Source: an uncultured Verrucomicrobiae bacterium
GTDB lineage: Bacteria > Chlamydiota > Chlamydiia > Chlamydiales > Rhabdochlamydiaceae
Assembly (NCBI GenBank): GCA_963806855.1
Contig: CAWDYW010000001.1
Span: 1,248,001 to 1,312,000 of the forward strand
Direction of reading: 5' to 3'
DNA length: 64,000 nucleotides
The stretch's first letter is position 1. Each line of letters begins with the position of its first letter. The notes beneath the pieces are model-generated. The model worked only from the letters and a program-made list of their open reading frames with translations. It did not search any database and had not been told where the DNA came from. The position numbers and the translations under genes were made by a program. Shown piece after piece: positions 30,813-41,164 of this stretch.

Positions 30813-32645
30813 ATGTGTGGAATTTACGGACATATTGGAACATCAAACTCGATTGAGAAGTGTCTCAAGGGATTAAAATTTCTCGAATACCGGGGCTATG
30901 ATTCTGCTGGGATTGCCGGAATCGACGAGGGCTCGCTATTTTGCTTTAAGGAAAAAGGGAAAATCTCTGAGCTAGAAAAGAGGCTCGAAAATAAGCTCCA
31001 TTCTTTCCAGTCCTCGATTGGCCATACCCGTTGGGCGACGCATGGGAAAGCTTCCCAGATCAATGCGCACCCCCATCTCGACCAGAAAAAGGAAGTGGCA
31101 GTTGTCCATAATGGGATCTTGGAGAACTACCGCTCTCTACGGACGATGCTTGAGGGAAAAGGGGTCCACTTTGAGTCGGAGACCGATACGGAGGTGATCG
31201 TACAGCTGATTGCCCATTTCTACCAGGGAGATTTGATTAAGGCTGTCCAGCAGGCGATTTGCCTGATGAAAGGTTTTTGGGGCCTCGCGGTCATTCATAA
31301 AAATCATCCCGGGCAAATTTTGGCCACCTGTAATGAGAATCCGATCGTCATCGGCCTCTCCAAGGATAAGAGCGAGTCGTTTATCTCTTCTGATCCTCAA
31401 GCTTTTGGACGCAAGGATATCGATCTATTTTTCCTGAAAAATCATGAGATTGCGATTGTCTATAAGGACAAGGTCGAAATTTTCGATCGCAATGCATGCG
31501 CCATAGAAAAAGCTCCAGAAGAGATTGAGGTCTCCAATTTCGAAATTAGCAAGGGAGACTTCGAGCACTACATGCTGAAGGAGATTTATGAGCAGCCTCA
31601 TGCGATTCGAAGTGCAATCCACAACCGTTTTCTCATGGACAGCGGCGTTGCCGAATTCGAAAATTTTGCATTCTCGAAAGAAGAATTTCAGACTATTAAG
31701 CAGATCCTCATCTTAGGGTGCGGTTCATCTTGGCACGCTGGATGCATTGCGGCCCAGCAATTCGAGGAGCTTGCCCATCTTCCTGCCCAGGCAGAAATCG
31801 CCTCGGAATACCGCTATCGTCAGACGACGGTCCGCCCAGATACTCTGGTGATTGCGATTTCTCAATCAGGCGAGACGTTCGATACGATTGCGGCTGTTCG
31901 AAAAATGAAAGCAAATGGGGCGAAAGTCTTGGCGATTTGCAATGTCCCCAGTTCGACTTTAATGCGCGAGGCTAACTACACCATTCTACTGCGTGCCGGT
32001 CCAGAGATTAGCGTCTGCTCGACCAAGGCTGTTAGCTGTCAGCTCGCGGTCCTCTCCTTGCTTGTGCTTAATTTTGCCAGACTTAGGCAGATGAACAAAG
32101 TCAAAGGGCAAAAATTCCTAAAGGAAATCATCAAAATCCCGAGTGCAATTGAAGAGGTTCTAGAGCAGCGACCGGCTATTGAGAAACTTGCGAAAAAATA
32201 TGCCTCAAAATCGGTATTTCTCTTTGTTGGGCGTCAATACATGACTCCTACCTGTTACGAGGCGGCTCTAAAACTGAAAGAGATTAGCTACTTGAGCGCT
32301 TTTGCCTATCCCGCTGGAGAACTGAAACATGGGGCGATTGCTCTGATCGATTCCAATTCGGTTGTGATCGGACTTTGTGGGAATGAGAGCACCTATGATA
32401 AAGTGCTCAGCAATCTGACCGAAGTGAAGGCGCGCGGTGGCCATATTATTGCCTTTGCCCCGCAGAATTCCCCTGAGATCGAGGAGATTGCCGATGAAGT
32501 GATCCGCCTGCCTAGTTTAAGCGATCCCCTTTCTCCGATCGCCTATACAGTCGCTTCCCAGCTTCTTGCGTATGAATTTGCCAAAGAGCTTAAAACAGAA
32601 ATCGACCAGCCCCGCAATCTGGCCAAATCGGTTACTGTTGAATAA
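30813..32645 (+). CDS. glmS: glutamine--fructose-6-phosphate aminotransferase
   Basis: MCGI start; EYRGYDSAG, HTRWATHG and PRNLAKSVTVE motifs. Confidence 0.97.
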   Translation: MCGIYGHIGTSNSIEKCLKGLKFLEYRGYDSAGIAGIDEGSLFCFKEKGKISELEKRLENKLHSFQSSIGHTRWATHGKASQINAHPHLDQKKEVAVVHNGILENYRSLRTMLEGKGVHFESETDTEVIVQLIAHFYQGDLIKAVQQAICLMKGFWGLAVIHKNHPGQILATCNENPIVIGLSKDKSESFISSDPQAFGRKDIDLFFLKNHEIAIVYKDKVEIFDRNACAIEKAPEEIEVSNFEISKGDFEHYMLKEIYEQPHAIRSAIHNRFLMDSGVAEFENFAFSKEEFQTIKQILILGCGSSWHAGCIAAQQFEELAHLPAQAEIASEYRYRQTTVRPDTLVIAISQSGETFDTIAAVRKMKANGAKVLAICNVPSSTLMREANYTILLRAGPEISVCSTKAVSCQLAVLSLLVLNFARLRQMNKVKGQKFLKEIIKIPSAIEEVLEQRPAIEKLAKKYASKSVFLFVGRQYMTPTCYEAALKLKEISYLSAFAYPAGELKHGAIALIDSNSVVIGLCGNESTYDKVLSNLTEVKARGGHIIAFAPQNSPEIEEIADEVIRLPSLSDPLSPIAYTVASQLLAYEFAKELKTEIDQPRNLAKSVTVE

Positions 32646-32675
32646 AACTCGCCTGCCCCGTATTTTGGCGGAAGG

Positions 32676-34124
32676 ATGAAGTACCGTACTAAGCTTTATA
32701 TTGCCCTTGTTGCAATTGCGTCGGTTAGCATATTGCTAGCTATTCTCATTTTTTCTGCAAAAACTGAGAAATTGCTCTTCAGTATTCTCAAAAGTCGCTC
32801 GATCACAATTGTGGCCACTGCAGCGGCTCAATTAGATCCCCAGTTGTTTATTGAGGCAAATAAGGCGAGCTCAATAGATGATCCTGTCTATCAGAAGGCG
32901 GTCGATGTATTGCGCAACATTCTCAACGCCAATCGGCGCGATGATCTTTATGTCTCTGAGATCTATACCCTTTATCCCGATCCGACTAATCCCAATGAAC
33001 TCCTCTTCGGTGTAGACTCTGCCCCAGCTCCAGTCGCCCCGGGAACGATCTACAATTATAGCGATAAGGACCTGATCTTAAAAAATCTCAATTCCGATTT
33101 CGCCGATCCTTCATTTACCACCGATCAATATGGGGTGTGGCTGAGCGGTTTCGCTCCCATTAAGGATGCCGGTGGAAATTATATTGCGACGCTTAGCGTA
33201 GATATCAATGCAGCCGACATCCACGACCGGATTCAAGAACTAGTCAAATTTGCTATTTGGGGGTTGATTTGTGCTCTCCTTATCGCTCTTATCATCGCGC
33301 AAATCTTATCGAAAAAAGTGACAAAATCGCTCCACCACCTTCACAATGTGGTGCAACAGATTGGCAAAGGAAATCTCCAAGCTCGATCAAATTTGGCGTC
33401 CGATGATGAATTTGGCGAACTTTCTCAAGGAATTAATGCGATGTGTCAGGGACTGCAAGAGAGGGACCGGCTCAAAATGAGCTTTGCCCGATATGTCTCT
33501 GCCCACATTCTGGATAAGATTCTCCTCTCTGAAGCGCCGCTGAAGTTAGAGGGTGAGCGGCGAAAAGTGACACTGCTCTTTTCTGATATCCGGCAGTTCA
33601 CCCACATTGCCGAAACCCTCCCTCCCGAAGATGTGGTCCAGTTGCTCAACGATTACTTCGAGCAGATGATTGAAGTGATCTTCTCCAATTCGGGCACTCT
33701 CGATAAGTTCATTGGAGATGGGATTATGGCCGAATTTGGCGCCCCCCTCGATGATACAAGCCAAGAGGAGCATGCGATTCACACTGCAATCCAAATGCAC
33801 AAAGAGTTGATCAAGTTATGCGATAAATGGGAAAAGCAAAAGAAACCGCGGATCCAGATAGGTGTGGGAATCCATACTGGCGAAGCGGTGGTGGGAAATA
33901 TCGGTTCTGAAAAGCGAATTGAATATACCGCTATTGGCGATACTGTCAACGTTGCTGCCCGCCTTGAACAGGCGACAAAGATCCTCAACGTCCCAATCTT
34001 AGTAAGCGAAAAGACCTATCTCGGCGCTAAGGATAAATTCCCCTTCCGAGATCTCGGGCTGATGGCTCTTCCTGGACGTAAGGAGCAAATCCGGGTCTAC
34101 ACAATCGACCTGGACAAACTTTAA
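32676..34124 (+). CDS. membrane class III adenylate cyclase with periplasmic sensor and HAMP domain
   Basis: FSDIRQFT, DKFIGD and YTAIGDTVNVAARLE motifs; DEFGELSQGINAM HAMP segment. Confidence 0.92.
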   Translation: MKYRTKLYIALVAIASVSILLAILIFSAKTEKLLFSILKSRSITIVATAAAQLDPQLFIEANKASSIDDPVYQKAVDVLRNILNANRRDDLYVSEIYTLYPDPTNPNELLFGVDSAPAPVAPGTIYNYSDKDLILKNLNSDFADPSFTTDQYGVWLSGFAPIKDAGGNYIATLSVDINAADIHDRIQELVKFAIWGLICALLIALIIAQILSKKVTKSLHHLHNVVQQIGKGNLQARSNLASDDEFGELSQGINAMCQGLQERDRLKMSFARYVSAHILDKILLSEAPLKLEGERRKVTLLFSDIRQFTHIAETLPPEDVVQLLNDYFEQMIEVIFSNSGTLDKFIGDGIMAEFGAPLDDTSQEEHAIHTAIQMHKELIKLCDKWEKQKKPRIQIGVGIHTGEAVVGNIGSEKRIEYTAIGDTVNVAARLEQATKILNVPILVSEKTYLGAKDKFPFRDLGLMALPGRKEQIRVYTIDLDKL

Positions 34125-34684
34125 TGGAAAAATCTCTACATCAAAAAGAACTAGAAAATCGGGCAAAACACTCTTTTGACGAACTCTATCAAGGGAGGCT
34201 ATTTTCTCTTAGACGGGAGAGGCTCGAGTTTGAAGACCATACCTATGATTGGGATGTCGTGATCCATCCAGGCGCTGTTGCCGCAATTCCTGTGAAGAAA
34301 AATGGGCAATTGATCCTCATCCAGCAGTGGCGCCGGACGATTGGCCAAATCATCTATGAAATTCCTGCGGGCGTACTCGAAAAGGGGGAACCCCCTCTCA
34401 CTGCAATCGACCGGGAGCTGCAAGAGGAAATTGGGTATAAGTCCAAAAAGATCACCCCTCTGGGGGGATTCTATTCGACCCCAGGCTTTTGCACAGAGTA
34501 CATTCACCTCTTTGTCGCCCAAGATCTCACTCCCAGCTCCCTTCCCGGCGACCTCCATGAGGCGATCGATATCGTCGAGATGAGCTTGGAGGAAGCATTG
34601 AGATTAGTTGACTCGGGACAAATCGTCGATATGAAGACGATTGCGGGTTTGTTACGTTATCAACGATGGTTAGAACAGAATTAA
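34124..34684 (+). CDS. NUDIX hydrolase (ADP-ribose pyrophosphatase-like)
   Basis: HPGAV, EIPAG...RELQEEIG Nudix box, and TPG motif. Confidence 0.9.
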   Translation: MEKSLHQKELENRAKHSFDELYQGRLFSLRRERLEFEDHTYDWDVVIHPGAVAAIPVKKNGQLILIQQWRRTIGQIIYEIPAGVLEKGEPPLTAIDRELQEEIGYKSKKITPLGGFYSTPGFCTEYIHLFVAQDLTPSSLPGDLHEAIDIVEMSLEEALRLVDSGQIVDMKTIAGLLRYQRWLEQN

Positions 34685-34710
34685 ACGCAAACTCGCAAAG
34701 AAATTTTTGG

Positions 34711-34814
34711 GTTTGGGGAGCAACGGAACAGCAACGTAAAGCTCTTCATAATAGTCCCGTCAGTCTCTACTGCTTGACCTCTTTACGGAGTTTTCTGTTT
34801 CATTGCTCCCAAAC
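34711..34814. repeat. imperfect palindromic intergenic element
   Basis: gtttggggagcaa...cgtaaag paired with ctttacg...ttgctcccaaac. Confidence 0.5.
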
Positions 34815-34887
34815 TCCCACAAAGGCCTTCAGCTTTTCAGTTAAGGTACACACTTTTTTCCTATTATTTGCAGGATCTGGGTTATTC

Positions 34888-35460
34888 TTATTTTGGCAGA
34901 CGCGATTTAAGCAGCTCTATGTCAGCACTGTGGAAGTTAAACATGCTGCAGGCGGCTCCCATTAATCGCTCTAGATCCGAACATCTATGCTTTAGTGATT
35001 GGTTAGTTCTTTGAAAGTTGGCGGTCAATTGTTGATTGGAGCCTTCAAGCTGCGCACATCTTTGCTGTAGTTCTTGGTTAGATCCTTGAAGGTTGGCGGT
35101 CAATTGCTGATTGGCGCTTTCAAGACGCTCACATCTTTGCTGTAGTTCTTGGTTAGATCCTTGAAGGTTGGCGGTTAATTGCTGATTGGCGCTTTCAAGA
35201 CGCTCACATCTTTGCTGTAGTTCTTGGTTAGACCTTTGAAAGTTGGCTGTCAATTGCTGATTGTTGCTTTCAAGCCGCTCACATCTTTGCTGTAGTTCTT
35301 GTAACTTTTCATTCTGATGGTATAATTTATTTTCGAAATCCAGCTTTGAAAATTGATCTATTGTTTTCTGAGCTGTATCGTCGATTAAAAATGGATTAAA
35401 TGGATCTGTTCGTGGACTCTGAACATCCGAAGTTGTTCTTGGTGAAACTGCGCCTGCCAT
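34888..35460 (-). CDS. coiled-coil protein with four 25-aa tandem repeats
   Basis: ELQQRCERLESANQQLTANLQGSNQ x4. Confidence 0.8.
   Translation of the reverse strand: MAGAVSPRTTSDVQSPRTDPFNPFLIDDTAQKTIDQFSKLDFENKLYHQNEKLQELQQRCERLESNNQQLTANFQRSNQELQQRCERLESANQQLTANLQGSNQELQQRCERLESANQQLTANLQGSNQELQQRCAQLEGSNQQLTANFQRTNQSLKHRCSDLERLMGAACSMFNFHSADIELLKSRLPK
34995..35300. repeat. 75-bp coding tandem repeat, about 4 copies
   Basis: acatctttgctgtagttctt recurs at 35056, 35131, 35206 and 35281. Confidence 0.9.
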
Positions 35461-35606
35461 ACTTATTGACTCCTGTTGGTTTTTGCAAATAGCTTATTTA
35501 ATCTCGAGTTTTTATTTCAATCCTAAAGATAAAATTGTCGGAAATCTTTGCAGATTTATTTTTTTAGGGGTTTAGGAAGCAACGGAATACTTGGCGTTGA
35601 AAAAAT

Positions 35607-36662
35607 CTACGCTACTGTAATTTCCTTACACAAGTAGACATCCTGGATGGCGTGGAGCAGCTGCACCCCATCTTTCATCGGTCTTTGGAACGCTTTTCTT
35701 CCTGAGATGAGTCCCATTCCGCCGGCCCGTTTATTGATGGTGGCAGTCGCGACCGCTTCGGCGAGATCGTTCTCGCCTGATGCGCCCCCTGAATTGATCA
35801 AGCCAACACGACCCATGTAATCGTTGATCACTTGATAGCGGGTCAAGTCGATTGGGTGATCAGAGCATAGGTCGGTGTACATTTTCTCGGTCTCTTTTCC
35901 GAATTTGAGCGCTTTGAATCCACCGTTGTTTTCAGGCAGTTTTTGTTTGACGATATCGGCCCCAATTGTACACCCGAGGTGGTTTCCTTGCCCGGTGAGG
36001 TCAGCTGCGAGGTGGTAGTCTTTCTCTTTGGTTTTAAAGGCTTCATTGCGCAGGTAGCACCAGAGGACAGTGACCATCCCGAGTTCATGGGCCATTTCGA
36101 AGGCTTTGCTCACTTCGACCAGTTGGCGGCGACTTTCTGCTGAGCCAAAGTAGATGGTGGCTCCAACGGCGGCACAACCCATCTCATGGGCTTGCTTAAT
36201 CGAGGCGAACATCACCTGGTCGTGGATATTGGGGTAGCGGAGAAGCTCGTTGTGGTTAAATTTCAAGAGATAGGGGATTTTGTGGGCATATTTGCGGGCG
36301 GTTAGGCTAAGGACTCCTAGAGTGGTCGCCACGGCGTTGCAGCCCCCTTCGATCGCCAGTTTAATGATATTTTCTGGATCGAAGTATTCGGGATTCTTGG
36401 CAAAAGAGGCGCCAGCTGTGTGTTCAATCCCTTGATCGACAGGGAGAATCGAGAGGTAACCGGTTTTGCCTAAGCGACCGTGGCCAATGATCTGTTGCAG
36501 ATTGCGCAGAACATTGATATTGCGATCCGATTGAGCAAAGATCCGATCGACCCAATCGGGGCCTGGGATATGGAGGGCCGCTTTAGATACTTTTGCTTTG
36601 TGATTGAGCAGGTACTCGGCTTGAGCACCTAGTGTCTTTTGAATATCGCTATAAGAGGTCAT
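35607..36662 (-). CDS. fbaB: class I fructose-bisphosphate aldolase
   Basis: [18 protein letters not shown] and [10 protein letters not shown] motifs. Confidence 0.96.
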   Translation of the reverse strand: MTSYSDIQKTLGAQAEYLLNHKAKVSKAALHIPGPDWVDRIFAQSDRNINVLRNLQQIIGHGRLGKTGYLSILPVDQGIEHTAGASFAKNPEYFDPENIIKLAIEGGCNAVATTLGVLSLTARKYAHKIPYLLKFNHNELLRYPNIHDQVMFASIKQAHEMGCAAVGATIYFGSAESRRQLVEVSKAFEMAHELGMVTVLWCYLRNEAFKTKEKDYHLAADLTGQGNHLGCTIGADIVKQKLPENNGGFKALKFGKETEKMYTDLCSDHPIDLTRYQVINDYMGRVGLINSGGASGENDLAEAVATATINKRAGGMGLISGRKAFQRPMKDGVQLLHAIQDVYLCKEITVA

Positions 36663-36667
36663 GATTT

Positions 36668-38350
36668 CTGTTCCTAAAAATGTGTTAAAATGTGTTTATT
36701 TTGTTTCGCTCTCTGATGGACCGTCTGGTTTTGGCGAGATTCCGCTCTTCCAACTATGACATTTTCAGTCTCGATAGGGGTGGTGGACACATCCCTACTA
36801 CGGTTTCTAGAGTCCTGCCCGGAACAGTCAGAGGTTTCCCCCATTTCCACTCGGCGATGGAACCTGCTTTGAAGAATGATTTTTACTTGACGGTAAGGCG
36901 TATACAGTCCGATCTCACGATCGCCCAATCTTCTGGCATAGTTCAATGCGGCAATCCGATCTGCTATGTCCTCATGTCCACAATATAGACATTGAAAACG
37001 GTCTCCACTGCGATTTCGTTGATCCACAAATTCGCAGAAGGGACAGCTTTGAGAGCCATAGGCTGGATTGACCTGCTCATGACGGAAACCTTCCGCCAAC
37101 GCTTTAAATGCAACTCGATCTTGTAATTTACCTCTCATCCAAGAGGATAATCTTCTGTTCACTTCCTTGGATTTTTCGTATTTGAAGGCATGTCGGAGGT
37201 TTTCTGTGACCAAGAGGGAAGGATTTTTAGTTTGGATAAGTTGGTTGATGGCGGTGTTGATTTGTTTTTCTAATGTTGCTTTAACTCGTTTGGAGTTGGA
37301 ATGCTGTTTTTTCTTTCCAAGATTATATTTTCGGAGCCTTTTTGCTTGCTCGGGGTTGGAAATTCTTAGTTTTTTCTCAATGGAGTGCAGCTTGTGCCGC
37401 TTCTTCATTTTTATAGATAGGTCGTCTGAGCTTTTAGCGAGCGTTGCACCAAATTGTGTTCCATAGCGGGTGCCTTGGGTATCGGTCATCACTTCGGTAT
37501 ATCCAAAATCAACCGCCTCTGGGGGCGTTTTAGGAAGCTTTTTCTTTTTTAGTTCATATGGTATGTGAAGCTGAATGCTGTCTTCCGTCATGACGAGTGT
37601 GATTGTGCCGGTGATGGATGTTTTGCCACAGAGGGGTATACAAATCCGTTTGCCTGGTATAAGGGACATGAGTTTGATGTATTGGCGCCCCTTTTCTTCA
37701 AACACATCATAACATTCGGCATCAAATCGAACGCTTCTACATTTTTTAACACTCGGGGGTTTCCCTTTGCACTCCCTGGTGAGTTTTCTCACATAACCTG
37801 CAATGCGCCTTTTATCAGATTTTTCAATTGGGAAGGAAGGATCAGGGCAGTTTCCTTGCATCATCCCTGCAAATGGTGTGTAGCTCTTTAGGAGCCAGTA
37901 GGCATAATGACGCTCTGTCTCGGATAGATCTTTGCGGAGAGCTATCTTTGAGCGGACTTTAACAAAGGTGGCTCGCCAGTACTTATTCCAAGTTTCCGCC
38001 GCATCTTCAAGGGCAAGTTTCCAATGCCGAGCTTGTAATCTATAGGAAGATTTATATTCTTGTTTGATCATCATGTCACGGATAGTACGAGATCTGCCTA
38101 AAAGAGCTTGGAAGTCCCACGCTTGGAATCGGTGCAGCCAATACTGTTTTTCATGGATATACCTATGGCATAGTTCATGGAGATCAATCCGTTTTTTCGC
38201 ATTAGGTTGTAAAGTTTCACGCTTAACTATTCTCAATATCTATTGCCATTTTGATTTATTTTTACTGCTGCCAGATGGGGAAATTCTACCATATCCTTTT
38301 GCAAAATCAAGTCTTTTTTATGAGCTTTAAATATGCTCTTTCGATCCGAT
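36668..38350 (-). mobile_element. non-autonomous tnpB-only IS (IS607/IS1341-like); boundaries approximate
   Basis: tnpB without tnpA between rlmI and fbaB; short subterminal direct repeats (aacacatttt x2; aaagagcata/aaagctcata). Confidence 0.6.
36674..38236 (-). CDS. tnpB: TnpB-family RNA-guided endonuclease (IS200/IS605/IS607 accessory protein)
   Basis: RuvC-I AVDFG, Ruv[19 protein letters not shown]...CLYC zinc finger, Ruv[12 protein letters not shown]. Confidence 0.88.
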   Translation of the reverse strand: MRIVKRETLQPNAKKRIDLHELCHRYIHEKQYWLHRFQAWDFQALLGRSRTIRDMMIKQEYKSSYRLQARHWKLALEDAAETWNKYWRATFVKVRSKIALRKDLSETERHYAYWLLKSYTPFAGMMQGNCPDPSFPIEKSDKRRIAGYVRKLTRECKGKPPSVKKCRSVRFDAECYDVFEEKGRQYIKLMSLIPGKRICIPLCGKTSITGTITLVMTEDSIQLHIPYELKKKKLPKTPPEAVDFGYTEVMTDTQGTRYGTQFGATLAKSSDDLSIKMKKRHKLHSIEKKLRISNPEQAKRLRKYNLGKKKQHSNSKRVKATLEKQINTAINQLIQTKNPSLLVTENLRHAFKYEKSKEVNRRLSSWMRGKLQDRVAFKALAEGFRHEQVNPAYGSQSCPFCEFVDQRNRSGDRFQCLYCGHEDIADRIAALNYARRLGDREIGLYTPYRQVKIILQSRFHRRVEMGETSDCSGQDSRNRSRDVSTTPIETENVIVGRAESRQNQTVHQRAKQNKHILTHF

Positions 38351-38354
38351 CCTA

Positions 38355-38504
38355 GCTCATAGATTGGGCCAGTTTTCGCCGGCTGCGAGGCATCCATCTG
38401 CAGTGCCTTTTTCCTCATCCATAGTGCCTTCGGCTATGGACGCGTCAAAAATCGCTGCATCTGGAACCTCTCGTTCGGCCAAAATTCTGGCCGAATCTAT
38501 GAGC
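38355..38504. repeat. 150-bp palindromic element (RPE/MITE-like)
   Basis: gctcatagattgggccag paired with ctggccgaatctatgagc at the ends; internal ccatag...ctatgg hairpin. Confidence 0.7.
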
Positions 38505-38531
38505 AAGGCCCTTTTCGCCGATGTTAAAGTT

Positions 38532-39689
38532 TTATTGTACAAATAGCAAGAGGCTCTTTAGATAGCCTCCTTCTGGATGGGTAATCGCTATAGGATGATC
38601 AGGTGCTTGGGCGTGGCCGCCGATAATCTGGACAAAACGGCCCGCTCTTCGACTCGCAGTGAAAATAGCCAATTGGAAGAGGGTTTCATCGACAAAATGG
38701 GAGCAAGAGCAGGTGAGCAGAAGGGAATTTGGTGGCAGTTTGCGCAGAACCTTTTCGTTCAATTTTTGGTACCCTTTCAGCGCATGGTCAAGGTTCCCCT
38801 TTTTCTTCGCAAATGCGGGTGGATCGAGAATCACGAGGTTATAATCAAGGCTCTCTCGGTCTAAAAATTCGAAGACATCAGACTGAACGACAGAGTGGTT
38901 TTCTAGATTGTTCAGGAGGCTATTTTCTTGCGCGAGACGGCACGCTTTGGCGCAGCTGTCGACGCTAGTGACAGATAGGGCGCCCCCGTTTAAGGCGTAG
39001 ATGCTAAACCCGCCGCTATAGGCAAAACAGTTGAGCACTTTGCGCCCCTTTGCCAGCTGCCCCACCTGAGCGCGCATTGAGCGCTGGTCGAGGAAAAAAC
39101 CGGTCTTTTGCCCTGATGGGAGCGAGACTGCAAACTTCAGCCCATTTTCCAAAATCTCGATTGTGTCGGGGACCTCTCCGTAGAGGAGCCCTTCCGAGGG
39201 TTGCAGCCCCTCTTCTTGGCGTGAAGGTGAAAGCGATTTCTCATAGATCCCTTTAGGCTTAAGCCGCGCAATGAGCTGCTCAATAAAAAAATTCCTTAGA
39301 TTGTCGATGCCCCGGGTGTGGATTTGGATGGCCAGGTAGCCGTTGTAAAAATCGACGATGAGCCCAGGGAGTCCATCCCCTTCGCCATTGATCAAGCGAT
39401 AGGCATTTGTCGAGGAATTGAACAATTGTTTCCTCATCAAAATCGCTTGATCGAGTTTTTTTTCGAGCAATCCCTTGATCTCCCCCTCTTCAAAGGAGAG
39501 AATTCGACCGACCAGCGAGTTGCCGGGATTAAAGTAGCCTTGGGCTAAGAACTGCCCTTCAGCAGAATAGATGGGGAGGATGGATCCAGGCGAAATTGTG
39601 GGAAGCGAGGCTAACGCTCCCGAAAAAACCCAGGGATGACCACGTAGAAGCGCTTTCTCGCGCCCTTTCTTTAAGATTACTTTATTCAT
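38532..39689 (-). CDS. rlmI: 23S rRNA methyltransferase, RlmI-type
   Basis: GHPWVFSGA, EGDGLPG, GQKTGFFLDQR, DPPAF and EGGYLK motifs. Confidence 0.9.
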   Translation of the reverse strand: MNKVILKKGREKALLRGHPWVFSGALASLPTISPGSILPIYSAEGQFLAQGYFNPGNSLVGRILSFEEGEIKGLLEKKLDQAILMRKQLFNSSTNAYRLINGEGDGLPGLIVDFYNGYLAIQIHTRGIDNLRNFFIEQLIARLKPKGIYEKSLSPSRQEEGLQPSEGLLYGEVPDTIEILENGLKFAVSLPSGQKTGFFLDQRSMRAQVGQLAKGRKVLNCFAYSGGFSIYALNGGALSVTSVDSCAKACRLAQENSLLNNLENHSVVQSDVFEFLDRESLDYNLVILDPPAFAKKKGNLDHALKGYQKLNEKVLRKLPPNSLLLTCSCSHFVDETLFQLAIFTASRRAGRFVQIIGGHAQAPDHPIAITHPEGGYLKSLLLFVQ

Positions 39690-41070
39690 TAATCATTGCT
39701 AGTGGGGACACTTTCTTTTTCGGTTTTGCTCCGATTGATCCCCCTATTAAATCGTAATCGATCACATCGGTAATGCTGACCTGATGGAGACGACCAAATT
39801 CTTTGACGTGGCGGCAGTCGTTGATGATCACCTGCCCATCGATTTCTGGACATTGGCCATAAAAGCGGCCTCTCATCAAGAATTCTGAGTCGGGGTGGTA
39901 TCCCTCGACCATCACCTCGAGTGTCTTCCCAATGTATTTTTGATTGAGTTTGCGGACGACGCCCATCTGGGTCTTCATTAGCTTGTCATACCGCTTTCGT
40001 TTGATTTCATCAGTAAGATGTCCAGGCAATTTGGCAGCGTGAGCCTCTTTTTCTAAGGAGAATTGGAAGACGCCGATGTTATCGAGCGGATAATCTTTGA
40101 CAAATTGGACTAGCTCTTCAAACTGGGCATCTGTTTCCCCAGGGAATCCGACCATCAGGCTGGTTCGGATAATAGAATGAGGAATATGGGCGCGCAATTT
40201 TTCATAGGTAGAGATGATATGTTCCCGGTTGGTTTTGCGCCGCATGGACTTGAGGATTTCGGAGTTGATGTGTTGGATCGGCATATCCAAGTAGGGCAAG
40301 AGGCGTCCATCGCCTTTCATGATTTGGATCAGCTCATCGCTAATTTCGTCAGGGTAGAGATAGAGGAGTCGGATCCAAAAATCCCCCTTCTCTTTCAGCA
40401 TTTCTTTGAGCAGAGCCTCCAAAGCTCCCTTTTCTTTCCGCTCTTTGCCAAAGTCGCCCAAATCTTGCGCGATTAAAATGATTTCAAAGACCCCCTGATT
40501 GCGCAGAGCTCGAAATTCTTTGATCACCTGCTCTTGGCTTTTGCTTTTCAGAGGTCCTTTAATGGTCGGGATGATGCAGAAGCTGCACCGCTTGGCACAT
40601 CCTTCGGCGATTTTTAGGTAGGCAAAATGGGAGGGGGTTGAGAGGCGGCGTGGCACTTCGCCCCACTCGAGAAAGCTCCGAGCCGAGGTGATCGACTCCC
40701 CTTCGCTTCCAGAGTCGAGGGCATCGAGAATTTTTTCCACATCGCCGGGTCCGAGCATGTAATGAATTTCGGGAAAGGCCCCTTTGAGGACGCTGCTGTG
40801 TTTTTGAACCATGCAGCCGGTTACCACAATTTTGGCGCTCTCTTTCTTCTCTTTGAAAAGGTCATCGAGTGTATCGAGCGCTTCCTGGCGGGCAGACTCT
40901 AAGAATCCGCAGGTGTTGACCACCAAATAATCGGCTTCGGTCTCGTTGCCGGTCAGCTCGTAGCCAGCTTTGAGGACCATTCCAAGCATCACTTCTGTGT
41001 CGACGAGATTTCGAGCACATCCGAGACTGGTAAAATGAATTTTATTTCCACGTACGATAGGCTTTGACAT
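39682..41070 (-). CDS. rimO: ribosomal protein S12 methylthiotransferase
   Basis: LGCARNLVD, NTCGF, EGCAKRCSFC radical SAM motif, PEIDG. Confidence 0.95.
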   Translation of the reverse strand: MSKPIVRGNKIHFTSLGCARNLVDTEVMLGMVLKAGYELTGNETEADYLVVNTCGFLESARQEALDTLDDLFKEKKESAKIVVTGCMVQKHSSVLKGAFPEIHYMLGPGDVEKILDALDSGSEGESITSARSFLEWGEVPRRLSTPSHFAYLKIAEGCAKRCSFCIIPTIKGPLKSKSQEQVIKEFRALRNQGVFEIILIAQDLGDFGKERKEKGALEALLKEMLKEKGDFWIRLLYLYPDEISDELIQIMKGDGRLLPYLDMPIQHINSEILKSMRRKTNREHIISTYEKLRAHIPHSIIRTSLMVGFPGETDAQFEELVQFVKDYPLDNIGVFQFSLEKEAHAAKLPGHLTDEIKRKRYDKLMKTQMGVVRKLNQKYIGKTLEVMVEGYHPDSEFLMRGRFYGQCPEIDGQVIINDCRHVKEFGRLHQVSITDVIDYDLIGGSIGAKPKKKVSPLAMINE

Positions 41071-41164
41071 AGGGCTATGATCATAGCAGTTCGTTCTATT
41101 ATTTCCTATTGGTTTTTAAGGCAGAAATCCCCTATCATCTCTTCTTTACCCATTTGAGGAAAAG

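Noticed and set aside
34995..35300. Possible CRISPR array
   Set aside because: These are contiguous in-frame 75-bp coding repeats with no unique spacers, and no cas genes are present.
36674..38236. Cas12f/type V effector
   Set aside because: There is no adjacent repeat-spacer array or cas1/cas2, so TnpB is the simpler call.
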